Source: Bacillota bacterium (lineage in GTDB: Bacteria > Bacillota > Clostridia > Oscillospirales > Ruminococcaceae). From it: a stretch of DNA of 28,382 nt. The notes below the pieces were generated by a model. That model was not told where the DNA came from. It made no database searches and saw only the letters and a program-made list of their open reading frames with translations. Positions 26,227-28,382 of the stretch are shown here, piece by piece. The position numbers and the translations under genes were made by a program. Position 1 is the first letter of the stretch, and every line of letters starts with the position of its first letter. The stretch covers positions 1 to 28,382 of the forward strand of contig JAEXNS010000217.1 of assembly GCA_023439605.1 (NCBI GenBank). Direction: 5' to 3'.

Positions 26227-26292
26227 ATGTTACAATTCAGCCATATGTTTAAGGTAAAGATGTTTTGCGGAAGTAGGTCCAGGGCGACCGGA
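26227..26292 (-). repeat. Family A element, copy A7 (3' half only, reverse orientation)
   Basis: Reverse complement TCCGGTCGCCCTGGACCT...ACATATGGCTGAATTGTAACAT, broken in the loop of the second hairpin. Confidence 0.82.
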
Positions 26293-26296
26293 CAAT

Positions 26297-26506
26297 GTCG
26301 TCAACTTAAAGCAAATTGCTGAGGCAATTTATGAGGCTCTGCCTCAAACTCCGCTTCTTTTTCTATCGCAAAAAGAAGCAAAAAAGCTCTTTAAGCATAA
26401 GGATTTCGCTTTCTGTGGAAAGCGACCAAGGGCGTTGCCCTTTGGAAACCTACGATTTTTTGAAAAAAATCGAGTAAAACTTTAATTTTTCGCTTAAGTT
26501 GATGAC
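26297..26506 (+). repeat. Family B inverted-repeat multi-hairpin element (MITE/REP-like)
   Basis: Ends GTCGTCAACTTAA / TTAAGTTGATGAC are 12/13 complementary; six internal hairpins. Only one copy is visible in the window. Confidence 0.7.
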
Positions 26507-26531
26507 TAATAAAAAATGCATATTTTTAATC

Positions 26532-26560
26532 TTGTTTTTACTTTGAATATATAGTATAAT
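26532..26560 (+). promoter_or_regulatory. Possible sigma-A promoter of the lipoprotein gene
   Basis: TTGTTT-17bp-TATAAT. Confidence 0.45.
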
Positions 26561-26606
26561 AATACTTAACGATATAAAAAAAGTAAAACGGAGGAGTTAT
26601 TTTTAA

Positions 26607-27149
26607 ATGAAAAAAGTTTTATGTTTACTTTCTGCATTTATTCTTTTAACCGCAACAAGCTGTAAAAAAGATACGGTAAATACTACAACAGATGCAGATA
26701 AAAAAACAACTAGTATATCTTTAGACCCAAATCCTGTTCCCAAAAAGAATGCTTTAGATATGCAATCATGTGCAAAATCTGCTGAAAAATATACCTTAGA
26801 AACATATCCTAAAATAAAAGAATCATCTATTATGGTAAACGATGATGCTACTGAAAAATATATAAATTTTATTTTTGTAACAGATAATGACGTGAATTCC
26901 GAGGAATCTTTAGCATGGGCAAATGATTGTGTGAGAAAAGTTAATGCAGAAGCAATTAAGTTAGATGGTTCAATTAAACCTGCAGATGAAAACTATTATG
27001 GTGGTATTTTTGATGAATACAAATTAATCATAGTTGTAACTACTGAAAATAATGCGGTAAATGATGCTCAATGGAGTGTTCATCAAAGTGTAAAGGCTGG
27101 AACGCATGAACCTTTACAATTAAATAAATTAACGGAATCTGTAAATTAA
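26607..27149 (+). CDS. Hypothetical lipoprotein
   Basis: MKK, hydrophobic core and lipobox-like LTATSC; GGAGG RBS. Confidence 0.82.
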   Translation: MKKVLCLLSAFILLTATSCKKDTVNTTTDADKKTTSISLDPNPVPKKNALDMQSCAKSAEKYTLETYPKIKESSIMVNDDATEKYINFIFVTDNDVNSEESLAWANDCVRKVNAEAIKLDGSIKPADENYYGGIFDEYKLIIVVTTENNAVNDAQWSVHQSVKAGTHEPLQLNKLTESVN

Positions 27150-27151
27150 AA

Positions 27152-27188
27152 AATCCCTGTATCTATTGAATAAATGGATACAGGGATT
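27152..27188. terminator. Bidirectional terminator
   Basis: AATCCCTGTATCTATT-GAATA-AATGGATACAGGGATT between convergent genes. Confidence 0.82.
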
Positions 27189-27192
27189 AATT

Positions 27193-28107
27193 TTATTTAT
27201 ATAGCTTGTAGAAATCTATAAATTTACACATAGAGTCGGATATATAATTATTTTTTATAAACGAAAACCCAACTTCTCTTTTTGGAATGGGATTTGGCAA
27301 AGAAATTTGATTAAGTAAATTATTTTCTAAATCCGTTAAAACAAATTCTTTAATAACACAAGAAACCCCAAGACCTATTTTAGCAAATTCTATTAATAAA
27401 TCCATGTTGTTAACTTCGATAGTATTTTTAACATTTATTTGACTCTCGTTAAAATATTTTTCTATATGTTTTCTTGTCATATTTTTTTCATCCATCATCA
27501 TTAAATTTGCATTTTCGATTATGTCGAAAAAAGATAAATTCTGAGTGTTTATACGTATATTTAAGTTATTAATATATTTTTCAGAAGTGACAAATATATC
27601 TTCGATAAAGCTAGTACAATAAAAATCGATATTTTTATTGTCATGAATTTCAGATTTTACAGTTAAGGCTATATCAATTTTATTTTCTTCAAGATAACGT
27701 AATATATGTGCTGAGGATTGACATTCTATACTTATTTTTATATGGGGATAAGTTTCTATAAAGCTATTTAAATAAGGGATAAGAATATATTTGCATAAAG
27801 TGGTGCTTGCACCTATTTTTACATGGCCTATTTCCAATGATTTTCTATGCATTATTTTTTTTTCTGCAAATTCAATTTCTTTAAACGCACTTTTGAGGTG
27901 TTCAAACAATATTTTTCCTTCATCTGTAAGGGAAACTCCACGAGAATTTCTTATAAATAATATAGTGTTCATACTTTTCTCTAAGTTAATTATGGATTTA
28001 CTTATAGCAGGTTGACTTATAAATAACACTTCAGATGCTTTGCTTATATTTTCATGTAGAGCAGTTGTATAGAAAATTTTATATTGATTTAGATTTAAAT
28101 CATTCAT
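27193..28107 (-). CDS. LysR-family transcriptional regulator
   Basis: NISKASEVLFISQPAISKSI...LFIRNSRGVSLTDEG HTH; substrate-binding domain with GLGVSCV. Confidence 0.94.
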   Translation of the reverse strand: MNDLNLNQYKIFYTTALHENISKASEVLFISQPAISKSIINLEKSMNTILFIRNSRGVSLTDEGKILFEHLKSAFKEIEFAEKKIMHRKSLEIGHVKIGASTTLCKYILIPYLNSFIETYPHIKISIECQSSAHILRYLEENKIDIALTVKSEIHDNKNIDFYCTSFIEDIFVTSEKYINNLNIRINTQNLSFFDIIENANLMMMDEKNMTRKHIEKYFNESQINVKNTIEVNNMDLLIEFAKIGLGVSCVIKEFVLTDLENNLLNQISLPNPIPKREVGFSFIKNNYISDSMCKFIDFYKLYK

Positions 28108-28173
28108 AAAACACCATCCTTTATAAATTTTGTTATATAACTAAAATTCATATTAAATATGATTAATATATAT

Positions 28174-28202
28174 TTGAATTATATCATTTTATATGTTATA
28201 AT
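28174..28202 (+). promoter_or_regulatory. Probable sigma-A promoter of leuC
   Basis: TTGAAT-17bp-TATAAT with extended TG. Confidence 0.6.
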
Positions 28203-28249
28203 TCAATCAGAAAATAAAATATTTTAATTTTTAAGAGGAGGAATTTAAA

Positions 28250-28382
28250 ATGGGAATGACCATGACACAAAAAATATTGGCAGCACATGCAGGACTTTCA
28301 GAAGTAAAAGCAGGACAACTTATAAACTGTAAGCTTGATATGGTTCTTGGTAACGACGTAACTACACCGGTTGCAATAAATG
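28250..28382 (+). CDS. leuC: 3-isopropylmalate dehydratase large subunit (LeuC/HacA type), runs off window end
   Basis: Manual translation [54 protein letters not shown]. Not in the ORF track. Confidence 0.88.
   Translation, partial: MGMTMTQKILAAHAGLSEVKAGQLINCKLDMVLGNDVTTPVAIN

Noticed and set aside
27791..28015. Plus-strand 74-aa ORF
   Set aside because: Antisense to the LysR gene.

Overview
AT-rich chromosomal window from a Clostridia-type bacterium, probably Oscillospiraceae/Ruminococcus-like (inferred from the gene set and a GH9-CBM3-dockerin cellulase). In order it holds: the distal purine operon (purM 5'-truncated, purN, PurO-type IMP cyclohydrolase, stand-alone AICAR transformylase, purD); a membrane protein; a ~1280-aa secreted repeat protein; a MacAB-type ABC system; a rhomboid protease; a MoxR-DUF58-transglutaminase operon; tRNA-Pro(GGG); an ArsR-ArsP-thioredoxin-DUF2703 cluster; a GH9 cellulase; ldh; a lipoprotein; a LysR regulator; and the 5' end of leuC. 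The main unexplained signal is non-coding. A ~130-bp element (family A) with terminal inverted repeats and a GC-rich multi-hairpin core occurs 7 times: six full copies and one half copy, on both strands. It shows UNCG tetraloops and compensatory base changes, and at five of its six loci it begins within 6 nt of a stop codon. A second ~210-bp inverted-repeat element (family B) abuts the half copy and shares a recognisably related core despite having different ends. No transposase is encoded in the window.
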